Assembly (NCBI GenBank): GCA_963785235.1
Contig: CAWAUM010000005.1
Coordinates: 192,001 to 256,000 of the forward strand
Length of the DNA stretch: 64,000 nt
Origin: an uncultured delta proteobacterium
GTDB lineage: Bacteria; Desulfobacterota; Desulfomonilia; UBA1062
Reading direction: 5' to 3'
Shown: in pieces, positions 29,199-41,198 of the stretch
Layout of the letters: each line of letters starts with the position of its first letter
Numbering within the stretch: position 1 is the first letter of the stretch
The notes under the pieces: generated by a model
What the model was told of the DNA's origin: nothing
Database searches by the model: none
The model's input: the letters and a program-made list of their open reading frames with translations, nothing else
Translations under genes and position numbers: made by a program

Positions 29199-30164
29199 TT
29201 AGGACTGTTTCTTCTCGCTTGAGACCTTCCTGCCCAGGATTTCATCCAGCGATTTTTTCATGGTCTCGAGTTTATAGCCAGGAAACACAAAGGGTGATTC
29301 GCCTTCGGAAGAGACGGCAGGGAGGATCTCCCCGGTCTTTTGAAAGATGGACAGGGTATATTCCTTTGCCCCCTTGAACTTCAGGGTTATAACAGGATTA
29401 ATGAGAGATGTCTTCATGGCATCGTCCAGGTATTTCTCGCAGTATGTCCTGCTCAGGCCCGAGAGGAAGGGGTCAATGATGGCTTTATCCACAGTCTCGC
29501 CTTTTCCGTTCTTCCAGATGTACAGTTTGACTGTCCTCTTGGCAGGATCTTTCTGTGACTTGTCGGGAGGCAACCCTTCCTTGGTGAGAACTGTTGATGT
29601 CCCTGCTTCAAGGATTTCTATCGAGGTAATCAGCTCGGGTGCAAAACCAAGAACCAGCATGTCCCTCAACTCGGCAACGGGGGCCAGAAACAGCCGGGGC
29701 AGGTCGCCGCTTGCAAGATATACCTTGTTGTCGCCCGGGAGCCTGATATAGGTATGCGAATTGGTGGGGGCGGTCTTGCCCGCAGAAAGTTCACGTCTGA
29801 TCTCGTTGCCGGAGAATGCTTTGAGTACGACCTTGCTCTTGTCATCGAGCTGGTAGCGCTCATAGGACTTGGCTTCGGATACGAGGTCGGTAACGGTAAG
29901 TCCTGAGAGTTTGTCGAGCATCTCAGAGACCTTGGTCTGGTCAGCTCGCCAGTTGCCAGGAGAGATGTGCCAGTACTTGTCTTTTTTGTACAGCGCGGTA
30001 GTTTTCCCTGCTCGGGTTATCTCGACCCTGGTTATGTCATCTGCCTTGAGCGCCTTGAGCACAGGCAAGGTGTAGTGGATCCGGTCCGTCTGCTTGAACA
30101 CGAGGTACAAGATGGATGATACGATGAGCAGCCCTAGCAGGATGTATTCCTTTTTCACTTTCAT
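29199..30164 (-). CDS. DUF4340 domain protein
   Basis: N-terminal TM anchor; two repeats of the ITRVEI...W...AD..KV..L..L pattern; last gene of the GldAFG-type operon. Confidence 0.75.
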   Translation of the reverse strand: MKVKKEYILLGLLIVSSILYLVFKQTDRIHYTLPVLKALKADDITRVEITRAGKTTALYKKDKYWHISPGNWRADQTKVSEMLDKLSGLTVTDLVSEAKSYERYQLDDKSKVVLKAFSGNEIRRELSAGKTAPTNSHTYIRLPGDNKVYLASGDLPRLFLAPVAELRDMLVLGFAPELITSIEILEAGTSTVLTKEGLPPDKSQKDPAKRTVKLYIWKNGKGETVDKAIIDPFLSGLSRTYCEKYLDDAMKTSLINPVITLKFKGAKEYTLSIFQKTGEILPAVSSEGESPFVFPGYKLETMKKSLDEILGRKVSSEKKQS

Positions 30165-30180
30165 ACGTTACCCCTTATCC

Positions 30181-32338
30181 TTAAAAGGCGGCTTCGATAC
30201 GTTTTTTCCGGTTGTGCCGCCTGAGCAAAACAAGCATACCAAAAAAAACCACAATCACAGGAAGTCCTGCAATATTGAAAATCTTCGCCGCAACCTTGAC
30301 CTTCTCGTCCCTGACATCCAGGGGATTGAAGGTCTGCACCTTGCTCCGCATGAGTGCGATATCTTCCCTGTTGTTCAGTACGTCGATGATATTCATGATG
30401 AGGGTTGTATTGGTATTGTCGGCCTGTTCGGATATGAGATTGTCAGAAAGCATCTCGGAAGAACCGATGATAAAGATCTTGGCCGGTTTCGAGGCTGAAA
30501 GGAAACCACCCTTTTGCTCAAGCTGGTTCGTGGTCGGCTCTTTTGGGGCATCATTACCCTTATTGTTCTCTGGATTTGCAGCAGGGCTTGTTGCATCATC
30601 AGCGGGTTTGCCAGGGATTGGCTTGTGGGCAAAATAACTCGGGAAGCTCCCCTCAATGATATAGGCAAGAGGCCTGCTTGCCATGCCCTCGCCGCCGGCA
30701 GGGGGTTTGATGAACATGGGGTTGAGCATTATCTGCCCCTTCATCTCCCATGATTTTTCGCTAGAGGAAAAGAGTTTTAAGGTCTTGAGCTTGTTGTTTT
30801 TAATCTGCTGGTCATGAAGCGTAAGGGGTGAAATCTTGTATGCTATGAACTGCTTGATGTTTTTCATGAAATCGAGCTGGCTGTTGATCTGGCCTGCTTC
30901 AATGATGGGGGCAAAATAGATGGTCTGCTCTCCGCCGCCATATTGCTCGGGGAGCCTCTGCTTGAAACAGTTTTCATCAAGCACAAGTGACTGATTTACC
31001 TTGACTCCGTAATGATCCATCAGTTTTTCAAGACCGGTATTCACCGGTACAAGCTGGCCCTGCTGCTGATAGGGGGAACCTGCCGGGGTGGGCTCCATGA
31101 AGGAGTCGAGGAAAAAAGCGAGATTTGTGCCCCTCATGAGCGCCTGGTCGATCTGGTACAGGTCGTAATCACTGAACTGTTCGGTAGGACGCACAATGAG
31201 AAGGGATGAAAGCCCCTCGGGGATGCCTTGCTTGAAGCTGATCTCTTTTATGGAATAGCTCCTGGATGCAAGGTTGGAGAAATTGCCGAGCGATGCCGGT
31301 GCTGATGGCCCGCCGTACAGGCTGAGGGTACCCCTGTCTGTCAGGTACCCCAGGTTCTCATTGATGCCGATCAACGACTCGATACCCTGTTCAAGGGCAT
31401 CTTCGATGGCGGGTGTCTCCGTGAGCTTGTACTGGGTTCCGAACAGGGGGATCTCGTATGCCTGCAGGACAGGTATCATGAACGATTTTGAGTCATATTC
31501 CGTAACCAGACCGATGATACCTGCACCTGCGGGGATTTTGCCGTCTTCAAGGGCAGGCCATTTGAGCATCATCAGGTTGTAGCTTTTGGACAAGCTTGTC
31601 ATCTCGGCTTCGGTTGACGGCTCAGAAAGGTTGAAATCCAATCTGCCGTACATGCGTGTGTTCAGGTCATCCACCACCTTCTTCACATCAGTTGAGACCT
31701 TGGGCAGGTCCTTGATACCCATTTGGGGTGCAATGGTCTGGAGGGAAGGGGAGAGATAGAGTCGCACCTTCACCTTGTTTTTCAGGTTCAATAATGCGCT
31801 GATCTTGCTGTTGAGCCTCTGTATTGAAGTGGTGAGCTTGTATTCCAAGTCCATCGGTCGTGGTAATGGTAGGTATGCGCTCCACCATGTCGCCATGGAT
31901 GATCACGAGGCCCATATAGGCCTTCTTGAATTTCATCTCATCCTTTTCAACCACCTGGATCTGCACAGGGCTGATGCCATAGTTCTGTGCCAGCTTGCGG
32001 TTGGTTTCGGTCCTGGCGGCGTCGATCTCGCCCTCGGCGCTCACGTCATAGAACCGGTAGTTGAAATAGGTATTTGCATGAAGGGAATATTCACCCAGCA
32101 GGTCTTTCAAATACTGCTCCACCGTGTTGTAGGGCGAGGGCAGGTTTGATGTGAAGAATACATTGATGGTTAAAGGCTCCTTAAGAGTGGAAACCACGTT
32201 TTTACTTACCTTGGAGAGTGAGTATGCCCTGTTTGTGGTTATGTCGATCCTGAAGAACAAGGTTGCGGCCACGAGGTTAACGAGCACAATGGCTGCTAGG
32301 TAGACGGTAAATTTCATGTACCGTTTCTGTTTCATCAT
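30181..32338 (-). CDS. GldG-family ABC transporter auxiliary protein (one frameshift near 31845, likely sequencing error)
   Basis: FFRIDITTNRAYSLS N-terminal ORF and Gldg-like C-terminal ORF join into ~718 aa when one extra G in CTTGGAATAC is removed. Confidence 0.8.
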
Positions 32339-32349
32339 GGCCGTTCTCC

Positions 32350-33054
32350 TTATCTTTTTTCCTGCATGAGAAGTTCTGCGCCATAGAGTGATATGAAGAT
32401 GACGCTTATGAAGTAGATTATGTCACGGGAATCGATGATGCCCTTGGCGATGTTCTCGAAGTGGAAGCCTGCCCCGAGATAATGGATAAAGGGAAGTATC
32501 GTATCAGGGAAGAAAAAGAGCATCTTGTCAACAAGGCTCAATGCAAAGCAGATGACCATGCCCACAATGAAGGCAATGATCTGGTTCTTGGTCGTGGCTG
32601 AGGCAAAGATGCCTATCGCGCTGTATGCGCTTCCCAGAAGCACTGCACCGAGGTACCCGCCCATGACTGGGCCCCAGTCAAGATCGCCCATGAATGAAGC
32701 CCAGACGGCATACGACAAGGTGGGCATCATCATGAGAGCCACAAACACAACGCAGGCCAGAAACTTGCCCATGATCACGTCCGAGAGTCTCACCGGCAGT
32801 GTCAAGAGCATCTCGAAGCTCCCTATGTGCAGCTCCTCGGCAAAGAGCCGCATGGTCACGGCAGGTATCACGAAGGGGAAGATCAAGGGCAGCATGGAGA
32901 AGAAGGTCCGTAAGTTTGCCTGGTTTATGAGGAAAAAGGTGGAGAAGAAGAACCAGCCTGAGATGAGCAGGAATATGCAGATCACGATATAGGCAATGGG
33001 GGATACAAAGTAATCTTTGAGTTCTTTTATGAATATGTGCCGGGCCTGGGCCAT
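32350..33054 (-). CDS. GldF-like ABC-2 permease
   Basis: KELKDYFVSPIAYIV, TMRLFAEE..GSFEMLLTLP, KNQIIAF, GIIDSRDIIYF. Confidence 0.88.
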   Translation of the reverse strand: MAQARHIFIKELKDYFVSPIAYIVICIFLLISGWFFFSTFFLINQANLRTFFSMLPLIFPFVIPAVTMRLFAEELHIGSFEMLLTLPVRLSDVIMGKFLACVVFVALMMMPTLSYAVWASFMGDLDWGPVMGGYLGAVLLGSAYSAIGIFASATTKNQIIAFIVGMVICFALSLVDKMLFFFPDTILPFIHYLGAGFHFENIAKGIIDSRDIIYFISVIFISLYGAELLMQEKR

Positions 33055-33055
33055 A

Positions 33056-33990
33056 TTATGCCTCCTGAGTAAGTTCCCTGAAGATCTTCTCCAGGGACTT
33101 GCCTTCCTGATGGAGCTCCAGCAGGGTCCAGTCAGTTGCCTTGACGGCGCGGTAGATTGCCTCACGGGGGTCGTCCGGGGTGCTCATGGTCAGTTTCAGC
33201 CTTAATTCGTTTGCCGACGAGGGTTCCTCATGAATGCGCGAGACACCCATCACCTCCGATATGACCTCCCGCACCTGGGCAAGGCCTGTATCTTTCAGGG
33301 TCAGATATATGGTCTTATCAAGTCCTGCGCCCATCTTTAGATCTCGGTGCTGCCGTCCGCAACGATTCCACCTTTGTCGATAATGACGATGCGGTCGCAG
33401 GTGGCCTCAGCCTCACTCAGGATATGGGTGGAAAGGATAATGGTCTTGTCCTTTCCAATGGAGCGTATGATGTCTCGGATCTCCACGATCTGGTTCGGGT
33501 CCAGGCCTGAGGTGGGTTCGTCAAGCACAAGGATCTCGGGGTCGTCGATCATGGCGTGAGCCAGGCCCACCCTTTGTTTCAGTCCTTTTGAGAGCTCGCC
33601 GATGGTCTTGTGCATGATGCCCTTGAGTCCGCACAGCTCGGCCATGGTTTTTATACGTTCCGCCTTTTTCTTGCCATCAAGCCCCTTGATGCCTGCCACA
33701 TAGTCGAGGTAATCATACACGAGCATGTTGTGGTAGAGTGGCGCGGACTCGGGAAGGTAGCCCATGAGCCGTTTGATTGCGAGCATGTCGTCTTGTGTGC
33801 TTAGCTCTTTCACGTGGATGCTGCCTGAACTCGGCTCCAGATAACCCGTGAGCATGCGCAGCGTCGTTGTCTTACCGGCGCCATTGGGGCCTAAGAGGCC
33901 CATGATCTCACCCTTGCGGATATCCAGGTCGATGTGGTTTACCGCACAAAGTTCGCCGTAAAACTTGGTAAGCTTTTCTACATGGATCAT
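33056..33990 (-). CDS. GldA-like ABC ATP-binding protein (frameshift near 33340, likely sequencing error)
   Basis: GPNGAGKTT, LSKGLKQRVG, LDEPTSGLDP; C-terminal SLEKIFRELT is in the adjacent frame and is joined by one added base. Confidence 0.88.
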
Positions 33991-34129
33991 TGCTATTCCC
34001 CCTACATCACTAAAGAACATGGGTGTTTACTAGAAGAATGACCAGGTGTCACTGGTGAATTCTCATAAAGAAGATTTTTCAGGCTTTGTCAATACTTCGA
34101 TGAAAATGATTGATCAATGCCTGGCGCAA

Positions 34130-35242
34130 TTAAGGTTCTGACTCTACGAACATGATCGAATACCCGCCCTTGATGGTAATGGTGGCGGCATCATCAATGG
34201 TGAATATGCCTGAAGGGTTTTCTTCCACCTCATAAAGGGTAAACCCTTCATCAAAGAACACACCGCCTGCTTCTCCTGGATTGGGAACGAATCCGATAGC
34301 CGTGACAACATCTCTCGATTCGTCCATGTCCTCCAAGAAACCGATGAAGCTCACTTTCCCTTGAAAGATAGTGCTGATATCGTCATCGGTTTCGTTCGTC
34401 CAGAAGTCGCTGAAGGTCACGGCAAAGCTGTCACTCGGTCCAAGGTCGCCGTCACCACTGTCAATCCATTCCAGCAGGTGGGTTCCCTGGGCAGCATGGC
34501 CTGCAGGGGGAGAGCCGGGGAATGTATCACCCTTGGTGATCATGGTTTTATCCTTTTGCAGGATTGAGTCGTTCTTCTCGATAAGGCTTATGGTGCTGAT
34601 GGTAAAGTCTATCTGCGAAAAGATGAAATCCACTGTGAAATATGCTAATGCAGCCTGCTGCTGCCAGGTGGGAGCGCCGGTGCCGAGGAGGTTTTCAAAC
34701 TGATCCCAGGTAAGATTGACGCTCGTATCTCCCTGTCTGAGGTTCACATTGCCTGCAGAGGAGGTAATGGTGATGAAAGTGATGTTTGGAGTCACCCCGA
34801 CTGCAATGCCGATTTCTGCCTGGGCATGGTCATCCGTGCCTGAAAACACTATGGGTGCATTCACATTGATGGAGAGAATTCCTTCGTTGCCCGGCCAGAT
34901 ATCAGTGGTAACTCTCAGCAGAGGCCCTCCATTGAGGGTGATTGCTTCCGTATCCATGTCGTATGTGCCCGTGAGTGGTCCTGCCAGGGTTTCCAGCCTG
35001 GCTGTCACGGTTTCGGATCCAAGTCTTGAACCTATCTCAAGGGGCTTGTCCGCCAACAGACTCAGAACGAAATCATATGCAGCAAGAGTCTGATTGCCGC
35101 CTTCACCGGTCCCTCCATCTCCACCACCATCATTGCTGCCGCCTCCTCCTCCCCCTCCACATGAAACAAGAAGCAGGCTGAGAAATAGGCTGATTGAAAG
35201 TATGAATAATCTCCTGAGAGAGTATAAGAAATTGATCTCCAT
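34130..35242 (-). CDS. Hypothetical lipoprotein (paralogue of 35417..36469)
   Basis: Lipobox LVSC plus Gly linker; shares WxQQAALA, WxDxxGxxxLGxxDxF and EENPxGxFTID with its neighbour. Confidence 0.75.
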   Translation of the reverse strand: MEINFLYSLRRLFILSISLFLSLLLVSCGGGGGGGSNDGGGDGGTGEGGNQTLAAYDFVLSLLADKPLEIGSRLGSETVTARLETLAGPLTGTYDMDTEAITLNGGPLLRVTTDIWPGNEGILSINVNAPIVFSGTDDHAQAEIGIAVGVTPNITFITITSSAGNVNLRQGDTSVNLTWDQFENLLGTGAPTWQQQAALAYFTVDFIFSQIDFTISTISLIEKNDSILQKDKTMITKGDTFPGSPPAGHAAQGTHLLEWIDSGDGDLGPSDSFAVTFSDFWTNETDDDISTIFQGKVSFIGFLEDMDESRDVVTAIGFVPNPGEAGGVFFDEGFTLYEVEENPSGIFTIDDAATITIKGGYSIMFVESEP

Positions 35243-35416
35243 AATCCCCTCCTACACCTCAAGTTGTGTCATTCATGGCCTTATGAAGTACATAGCACAA
35301 GTAATTCAAGTATTATAAAGATACTGCTGTTCAGACAATAGTCAAGGGACAAAGTAGGGTACAGGTCTTTATGAGTAAAAGACAAAAAAGTGCTGCACCT
35401 ACGTATTCATGGTTAT

Positions 35417-36469
35417 TCAAGGCGTAGGCTCGGAAAGGGTAATGGTGAAGCCGCCGTCAAGGATTCTGGTCCGGCTCGTGTCGATGGTGAACGTACCTGC
35501 AGGGTTCTCCTCGGTCTCGGAGATGGTGAGGCCGTCATACTCAAAGGAGAAACCGGTTTTCGTGAGCAGCACTGTATTATTCACTGTCTTTGTTTCTTCT
35601 ATATAATTTGTAAGATGAACAGGTCCGAACAGCAGCTTATCGACTTTGAACTGGGGATCATTCTCCCAGCAGTTGCCGAAGGTGAGTAGAAAATCGTCAC
35701 CCGTACCCAGGATTTTGTTGCCATTGGTATCTTTCCATTGGAGTGACCGGATGCCCTGGTCTGTTCCCGAGAGCGCGTCGCACGCTATGGTCTGCTTATG
35801 ATCGGTAGCCTGTTTAATAGATTCTTTGTTCTCCTTGATGGTAATGACGGAGTCCATTGCCAGATCAATCTGTGATGCAGTGAGTGCCATGACCGACCAG
35901 GCAAGGGCTGCCTGCTGTTTCCATGTCTCAGTCTGGGAGCCAATGAGCTTCTCGAAAGCATTCCAGGATAGAGACAGCGGGGCATCATAGTTGTGGATTA
36001 TACTCACCCCTGTGGATGAGAAGGTCATGGTGATAAGATTGGCCCCCTTGTCAATAATCAGGAGTTTCCCCTCGTTGGGGAATTCATTTCCCGATGACTT
36101 GACGGCTTCTTTTACCTGTACCGAAAAGGTATTGGAAAGATCATCCCACAACGTTGTGCTGATATTGAGCATGGAGAGATAGTTGATGGCATATGCGCCT
36201 GTCTTGGGGGTATATGTGCCTGTGTATATTCCTGAGACGCCTTCACTGATCACTACGCTTTTCGCATATGCGGTGTAATAGATCCCAAGTGTGTTGCTGC
36301 CCAGGTTGCTCAGTTCGAAGTTATAGACATCCAGTGTATCTTCGGAGGTGCTGCTTGGTTTTGCTCCACCGCCGCCTGTGCTGTTTCCTCCGCAGTATGA
36401 CAGAAGGACACACAGAAAAATGGATACAACGGCTATAACCGGTTTCATACTATTTTGCAGATGACCCAT
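35417..36469 (-). CDS. Hypothetical lipoprotein (paralogue of 34130..35242)
   Basis: LSYC-GG lipobox-like signal; WKQQAALAW, WKDTNGNKILGTGDDF, EENPAGTFTID; RBS GGAGGG. Confidence 0.72.
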   Translation of the reverse strand: MGHLQNSMKPVIAVVSIFLCVLLSYCGGNSTGGGGAKPSSTSEDTLDVYNFELSNLGSNTLGIYYTAYAKSVVISEGVSGIYTGTYTPKTGAYAINYLSMLNISTTLWDDLSNTFSVQVKEAVKSSGNEFPNEGKLLIIDKGANLITMTFSSTGVSIIHNYDAPLSLSWNAFEKLIGSQTETWKQQAALAWSVMALTASQIDLAMDSVITIKENKESIKQATDHKQTIACDALSGTDQGIRSLQWKDTNGNKILGTGDDFLLTFGNCWENDPQFKVDKLLFGPVHLTNYIEETKTVNNTVLLTKTGFSFEYDGLTISETEENPAGTFTIDTSRTRILDGGFTITLSEPTP

Positions 36470-36762
36470 AGGACCCCTCCCTCCATGTGAGACCTCGTAG
36501 TGTTTGAGGTGTCAACAGTGCACCGAATCTATGGATACCTTACATTCAAGTATAGGGCAAAGTCAACGCAATGAGTTCAACCTTAGACGTTCTTGCATGG
36601 GCAATGTTTCTATGGTCTATGATGAAGTATCATTTGGGGTAAATGATTATATCACTGCATCCAGAGAGGCTTTTATGTTGTGTCTCTTGACTCGCAGGAC
36701 AAAGCATGAAAAATGTGTATCTATGCATTATTCGCTGATTATGGGTCAAAGGGAATGTATTT

Positions 36763-38838
36763 GTGTTGAAAGGTGATGTTCACCCCGGCAGATGCCATCC
36801 CCTCGGATCGACTGTGTACCCTGATGGAGTAAACTTCTCTCTGTTCTCCAGAAGTTGCTATTCTGTTGAACTTCTCTTGTTTGACGACCCGGATGATGCC
36901 CGTCCTGTCCGGTTGATCCGGCTCGATCCAAAGGTGAATAAGACCTTCTACTACTGGCACTGCTTTGTGCCCGGAATCAGCGCGGGTCAACTTTATGGGT
37001 ATAGGGTTTTCGGGCCTTTTGACCCTGCAAGAGGTCATTATTACGAGGGGCAGAAGCTTCTGCTGGATCCGTATACGAAGGCAGTCGCCATCGGGAATAA
37101 CTATGACAGGATAGCAGGGTGCAGGCCGGGTGACAACTGCTCCCATGCTGCGAAATCAGTAGTGGTAGACCCGTTTGATTATGATTGGCAGGGAGATGAG
37201 CCTTTAAGGACCGATTACAGAACGAGTGTGATCTATGAACTCCATGTAGGCGGTTTCACACGCAACCCCAATTCCGGGATCAGTAAAGAGAAGAGGGGAA
37301 CCTATGCAGGTCTCATGGAGAAGATACCCTACCTCAAGGAACTGGGTATCACTGCCGTTGAGCTCATGCCTGTACAGCAGTATGATGAGCAGGATGCACC
37401 GCCTGGGTTGAGTAACTACTGGGGCTACAGCCCCATGGCTTTTTTTGCGCCCCATGCAGGATACTGTTCCATAGGCGGAAACTTGAGCCCTTTAAAAGAA
37501 TTCAGGGACATGGTCAGGGAACTCCACAATGCCGGTATTGAGGTGATCGTGGATGTGGTCTTCAACCACACGGCAGAGGCGGGGCATGAAGGACCGACGT
37601 TCTGCATGCGAGGCATTGAGAACACGATCTATTACATTTATAATGTCGAGCATCGGCGATATGAAAACTACTCAGGATGCGGTAACACGGTTAATACCAA
37701 TCACTCCATAGTCCGCAGGATGATTACTGAAAACCTGCGCTACTGGGTGGAGCATATGCATGTGGATGGCTTCCGTTTTGACCTTGCCTCGGTCATGGCA
37801 CGCGGAGAATATGGAGAGCCTCTGGAAAAGCCCCCTATCCTGTGGTCCATTGAATCAGACCCGGTTCTGGCAGGCACCAAGATCATTGCCGAGGCCTGGG
37901 ACGCGGCTGGGCTCTTCCAGGTGGGGTCTTTCATCGGTGAGCGTTTTGCCGAATGGAACAGCCAGTTCAGGGATGATGTCAGGCGTTTCCTTAAAGGCGA
38001 AGAGCGGGCGGTGGGCCGTATCTCAAACCGGCTTTTAGGAAGCCCGGACATTTATCCGCAACCGGATCGTGAAACGAACCGCAGTATAAATTTCATTACC
38101 TGCCATGATGGCTTTACCCTCAATGACCTGGTGTCATATGACCACAAGCACAACGAGATGAACAAAGAGCAAAACCGTGACGGTAATGATTACAATCTCA
38201 GCTGGAATTGTGGGGTTGAAGGACCCACGAGCGATAAGGTTATTGATGGACTCAGGCTGAAACAGATAAAGAATTTCATCACACTCCTGTTCGTATCACA
38301 GGGTACACCAATGCTCCTCATGGGCGATGAGGTTTGCAGGACCCAACAGGGCAACAACAATACCTACTGCCAGGACAATGAAATGTCCTGGTTTGACTGG
38401 GATGCGGTTAAGAAACATGGGGGCCTGTTGAGGTTTGTTCAAGGAATCATAAGGTTTTCCCGTTCAAATCCTGTTTTCAACCTGAGGCATGTTCCAAAAC
38501 CACCCTATACGGACAAAGACGTATGCATTACCTGGCATGGAGTTCATCTGAACAAGCCCGACTTTAGAGACAACTCCCACAGCTTGGCGCTTGAATTGAA
38601 ATCAAGCCTTGAGGGAGAGCATGTCTTCATCATGCTGAATGCCTTTTGGAAGCCACTGACCTTTGAATTGCCCAAACCTGATGGAGATCATGCATGGTAC
38701 AGGGTTATTGATACATCCCTTGGCGATGACAAAGACTATTCTCAGCCCGGGAAAGCCACCCTGATCAAGGGACTGAGATACCTGCTGAAAGATCGCAGCA
38801 CTGCTGTTATGGTAGCCCGCAGGATGAAAACCCGATAG
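36763..38838 (+). CDS. glgX: Glycogen debranching enzyme (isoamylase, GH13)
   Basis: [51 protein letters not shown]; exact start uncertain. Confidence 0.95.
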   Translation: MLKGDVHPGRCHPLGSTVYPDGVNFSLFSRSCYSVELLLFDDPDDARPVRLIRLDPKVNKTFYYWHCFVPGISAGQLYGYRVFGPFDPARGHYYEGQKLLLDPYTKAVAIGNNYDRIAGCRPGDNCSHAAKSVVVDPFDYDWQGDEPLRTDYRTSVIYELHVGGFTRNPNSGISKEKRGTYAGLMEKIPYLKELGITAVELMPVQQYDEQDAPPGLSNYWGYSPMAFFAPHAGYCSIGGNLSPLKEFRDMVRELHNAGIEVIVDVVFNHTAEAGHEGPTFCMRGIENTIYYIYNVEHRRYENYSGCGNTVNTNHSIVRRMITENLRYWVEHMHVDGFRFDLASVMARGEYGEPLEKPPILWSIESDPVLAGTKIIAEAWDAAGLFQVGSFIGERFAEWNSQFRDDVRRFLKGEERAVGRISNRLLGSPDIYPQPDRETNRSINFITCHDGFTLNDLVSYDHKHNEMNKEQNRDGNDYNLSWNCGVEGPTSDKVIDGLRLKQIKNFITLLFVSQGTPMLLMGDEVCRTQQGNNNTYCQDNEMSWFDWDAVKKHGGLLRFVQGIIRFSRSNPVFNLRHVPKPPYTDKDVCITWHGVHLNKPDFRDNSHSLALELKSSLEGEHVFIMLNAFWKPLTFELPKPDGDHAWYRVIDTSLGDDKDYSQPGKATLIKGLRYLLKDRSTAVMVARRMKTR

Positions 38839-38981
38839 ACTTAAAGGCAGTGGAGTTGTAAAATAATTTACTATTTCATTGTGCCTGGTTTCCATCCTGA
38901 GGTATTGACTCAACCGGATAAGGTGATATTAATACGAAATAAGAATCATTTACATGACCTGTGGAGAACGAGGAGGAGCAG

Positions 38982-39290
38982 ATGAGCGTTAAAAAACAGT
39001 ATTTGAAGACAAAAACGGTATGCAAGGTAACCTTTAACCTCCCTAAAGATATAGCCAAGTCAGCAGACTCTGTCTTTCTTGTGGGGGATTTCAACGGTTG
39101 GGATGCAAGCTCGCACCCCATGAAGCGCCAGAAGGATGGGTCGTTCAATCTTACGATCAACCTTGAGAAGGGAAGTGAATATCAATATCGCTACCTGCTC
39201 GACGGCTCTACCTGGGAAAACGACGATTGTGCGGATAAATACGTAAAAAGCCCGTATGGAGACAGCGAAAATTCCGTAGTAATGATCTGA
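38982..39290 (+). CDS. Isoamylase early-set (CBM48) domain protein
   Basis: CKVTFNLP, VFLVGDFNGWD, EYQYRYLLDG..WEND; RBS GAGGAGG. Confidence 0.88.
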   Translation: MSVKKQYLKTKTVCKVTFNLPKDIAKSADSVFLVGDFNGWDASSHPMKRQKDGSFNLTINLEKGSEYQYRYLLDGSTWENDDCADKYVKSPYGDSENSVVMI

Positions 39291-39556
39291 GCTACACCCA
39301 TCAGGAAGCAAGCATTGCTGGCTTTCCTTCTGTAAGCCAGTACATCTGCATGGGCGCTTATCCATAACGGGTATTGCCTTAGGCAGGCCCTAAAGCGGCT
39401 GGTGCCGGATAAGCACTTTCATGAGTTGTTATTATGTGCTCATGGAATGGTTCTGCAAATTAATTAAGTACTGTAGGTTGATTCCTTGAGAGAGCCGCAT
39501 ATTATTGGTAACTAAAGAACGAGTAGGAGAATGAGAGGACACTGGTGGGGGATAAT

Positions 39557-39742
39557 ATGAGTGAAAAAAGATTTACTGCTCTGGAAACCATGGTGGCCTA
39601 TCATGAAGACACTATTCAGAAGTTCAATGAAGTGATTTACAAACAACAGGTTGAAATCGACAGACTTAAGGAGAAGGTCGATTCATTTGCAAGGCATCTC
39701 AAGGATGCCGACCAGCCTGTTGCTGACGAGTCGGATAAGTAA
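39557..39742 (+). CDS. slyX: SlyX family protein
   Basis: EKRFTALETMVAYHEDTIQKFNEVIYKQQVEIDRL coiled coil; lacks the usual PPHY tail. Confidence 0.75.
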   Translation: MSEKRFTALETMVAYHEDTIQKFNEVIYKQQVEIDRLKEKVDSFARHLKDADQPVADESDK

Positions 39743-39797
39743 TCTCCGTCTCGTGTAATGCGATAATCAATAGGCCTGTAAGGTTTCTTGCGTGTAA

Positions 39798-40952
39798 TTA
39801 TTTTGCATTCACTAATATTTGTGTAAGCTCCTCATCCGTAAGCACAATAGGGTTGCCTTTCATGCTGCTGGCGCGGTTCGCTTTGGCAACAATCTCCGGG
39901 AAATACTCCTGACTTATTCCAATCAATGAAAGCCCCTGTACATTCATGCGCGAGCAGAGCTCATGGATCCAGTCTATTGCATCATCAGCCTGTGCTGATG
40001 ATTTGCCGGTAATGATCTTTGCCACTTCGTCGAAACGTGTCAGTGCATGAGCATCCGGGGTGCGCTTTTTAAGGGCTTGGATATTCATTTCCACCACATG
40101 CGGCAGAAGGCTGGCACAGATGAGCCCATGGGATACAAGGCATTGGCCGCCTGCCGCAGCTGCAAATCCATGGACTGCTCCAAGCCTGGCATTTGCCAGG
40201 GCAATACCGCTGAAAAGGCTCGCCATGGCCATGTCTTCCCGGGCAGCCGCATTGCCGCCATCCTTATACGCAACTATTAGTGACCTTGCCGCACGTTCAA
40301 GGCCCTCCCGACATATGCTGTCGGTCAGGGGGTTCGCACTGTTCGAGACATAGGATTCCAGAAGCTGGGTCAGTGCATCCAGACCGGTACTCGCGGTAAC
40401 ATCAGGGGGGAGAGAATGGGTGAGCTCCGGGTCTACGATTACCAGGCGTGGAAGCATGAAGGGAGATCGCAAGCTCACCTTGACGCCATGATCCTCGGAG
40501 AGGATAACGGCATTTTTTGTCACCTCGCTGCCGGTTCCGGCGGTTGTGGGAACGGCGATATAAGGAACCGGCTGGTTTTTGAGCGGTATGGCCCTGCCCA
40601 CTATCTCTAGGTAGTCATAGATGTCTCCTGTATTTGTAATGAGTGCAGCGATGGCTTTCCCGGCATCTATGACACTGCCGCCTCCTATTGCTATGACACA
40701 GTTGCAGCCATGTTCACGCGCCACGGATACACCCTGGGTAACGGTCTGTGCGGTAGGTTCTTTGGAAACGGAATAGAGGGTAGGGGTTATGTATTTATCC
40801 TTAAGCCTGTCGAGAAGCTGGGACCACCTGAGGCCTTTCTTTCCCGTGACTACCAGGCATTTATCCCCCATGGAGGAGGCAACATCGCTAATCTCATGAA
40901 TGCTCCCAGGACCGAAGATAATTTTCTCAGCAGTTGCAAATTCGAAACGCAT
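39798..40952 (-). CDS. Iron-containing alcohol dehydrogenase
   Basis: IGGGSVIDAGKA, VPTTAGTGSEVT, TGLDALTQ, LGAVHG, HG; start MRFEFAT. Confidence 0.92.
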   Translation of the reverse strand: MRFEFATAEKIIFGPGSIHEISDVASSMGDKCLVVTGKKGLRWSQLLDRLKDKYITPTLYSVSKEPTAQTVTQGVSVAREHGCNCVIAIGGGSVIDAGKAIAALITNTGDIYDYLEIVGRAIPLKNQPVPYIAVPTTAGTGSEVTKNAVILSEDHGVKVSLRSPFMLPRLVIVDPELTHSLPPDVTASTGLDALTQLLESYVSNSANPLTDSICREGLERAARSLIVAYKDGGNAAAREDMAMASLFSGIALANARLGAVHGFAAAAGGQCLVSHGLICASLLPHVVEMNIQALKKRTPDAHALTRFDEVAKIITGKSSAQADDAIDWIHELCSRMNVQGLSLIGISQEYFPEIVAKANRASSMKGNPIVLTDEELTQILVNAK

Positions 40953-40986
40953 GTCAGATCCCTTCGAAGATTGATTATTTATTTTC

Positions 40987-41006
40987 ATTCCCGCACAGGC
41001 GGGAAT
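40987..41006. repeat. REP/dRS3-like palindrome ATTCCCGCACAGGCGGGAAT
   Basis: ATTCCCGC-ACAG-GCGGGAAT, ATTCCC-N8-GGGAAT type. Confidence 0.65.
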
Positions 41007-41198
41007 CAAGGGGTATAATATATCGTGAACCCTTAAAAGTAATGTTCATACGTATTGATAGTATCCTTTTTGATGTGACTATGAATCATCAAAATATCAA
41101 TGGCCAAAAGATTTTACCATTGTAGGTCTTAACATCACGAGTTATGAGAGTTATAATAGCAACAATCATTACTGTAATAATATTAATGAGGTTGTTTT

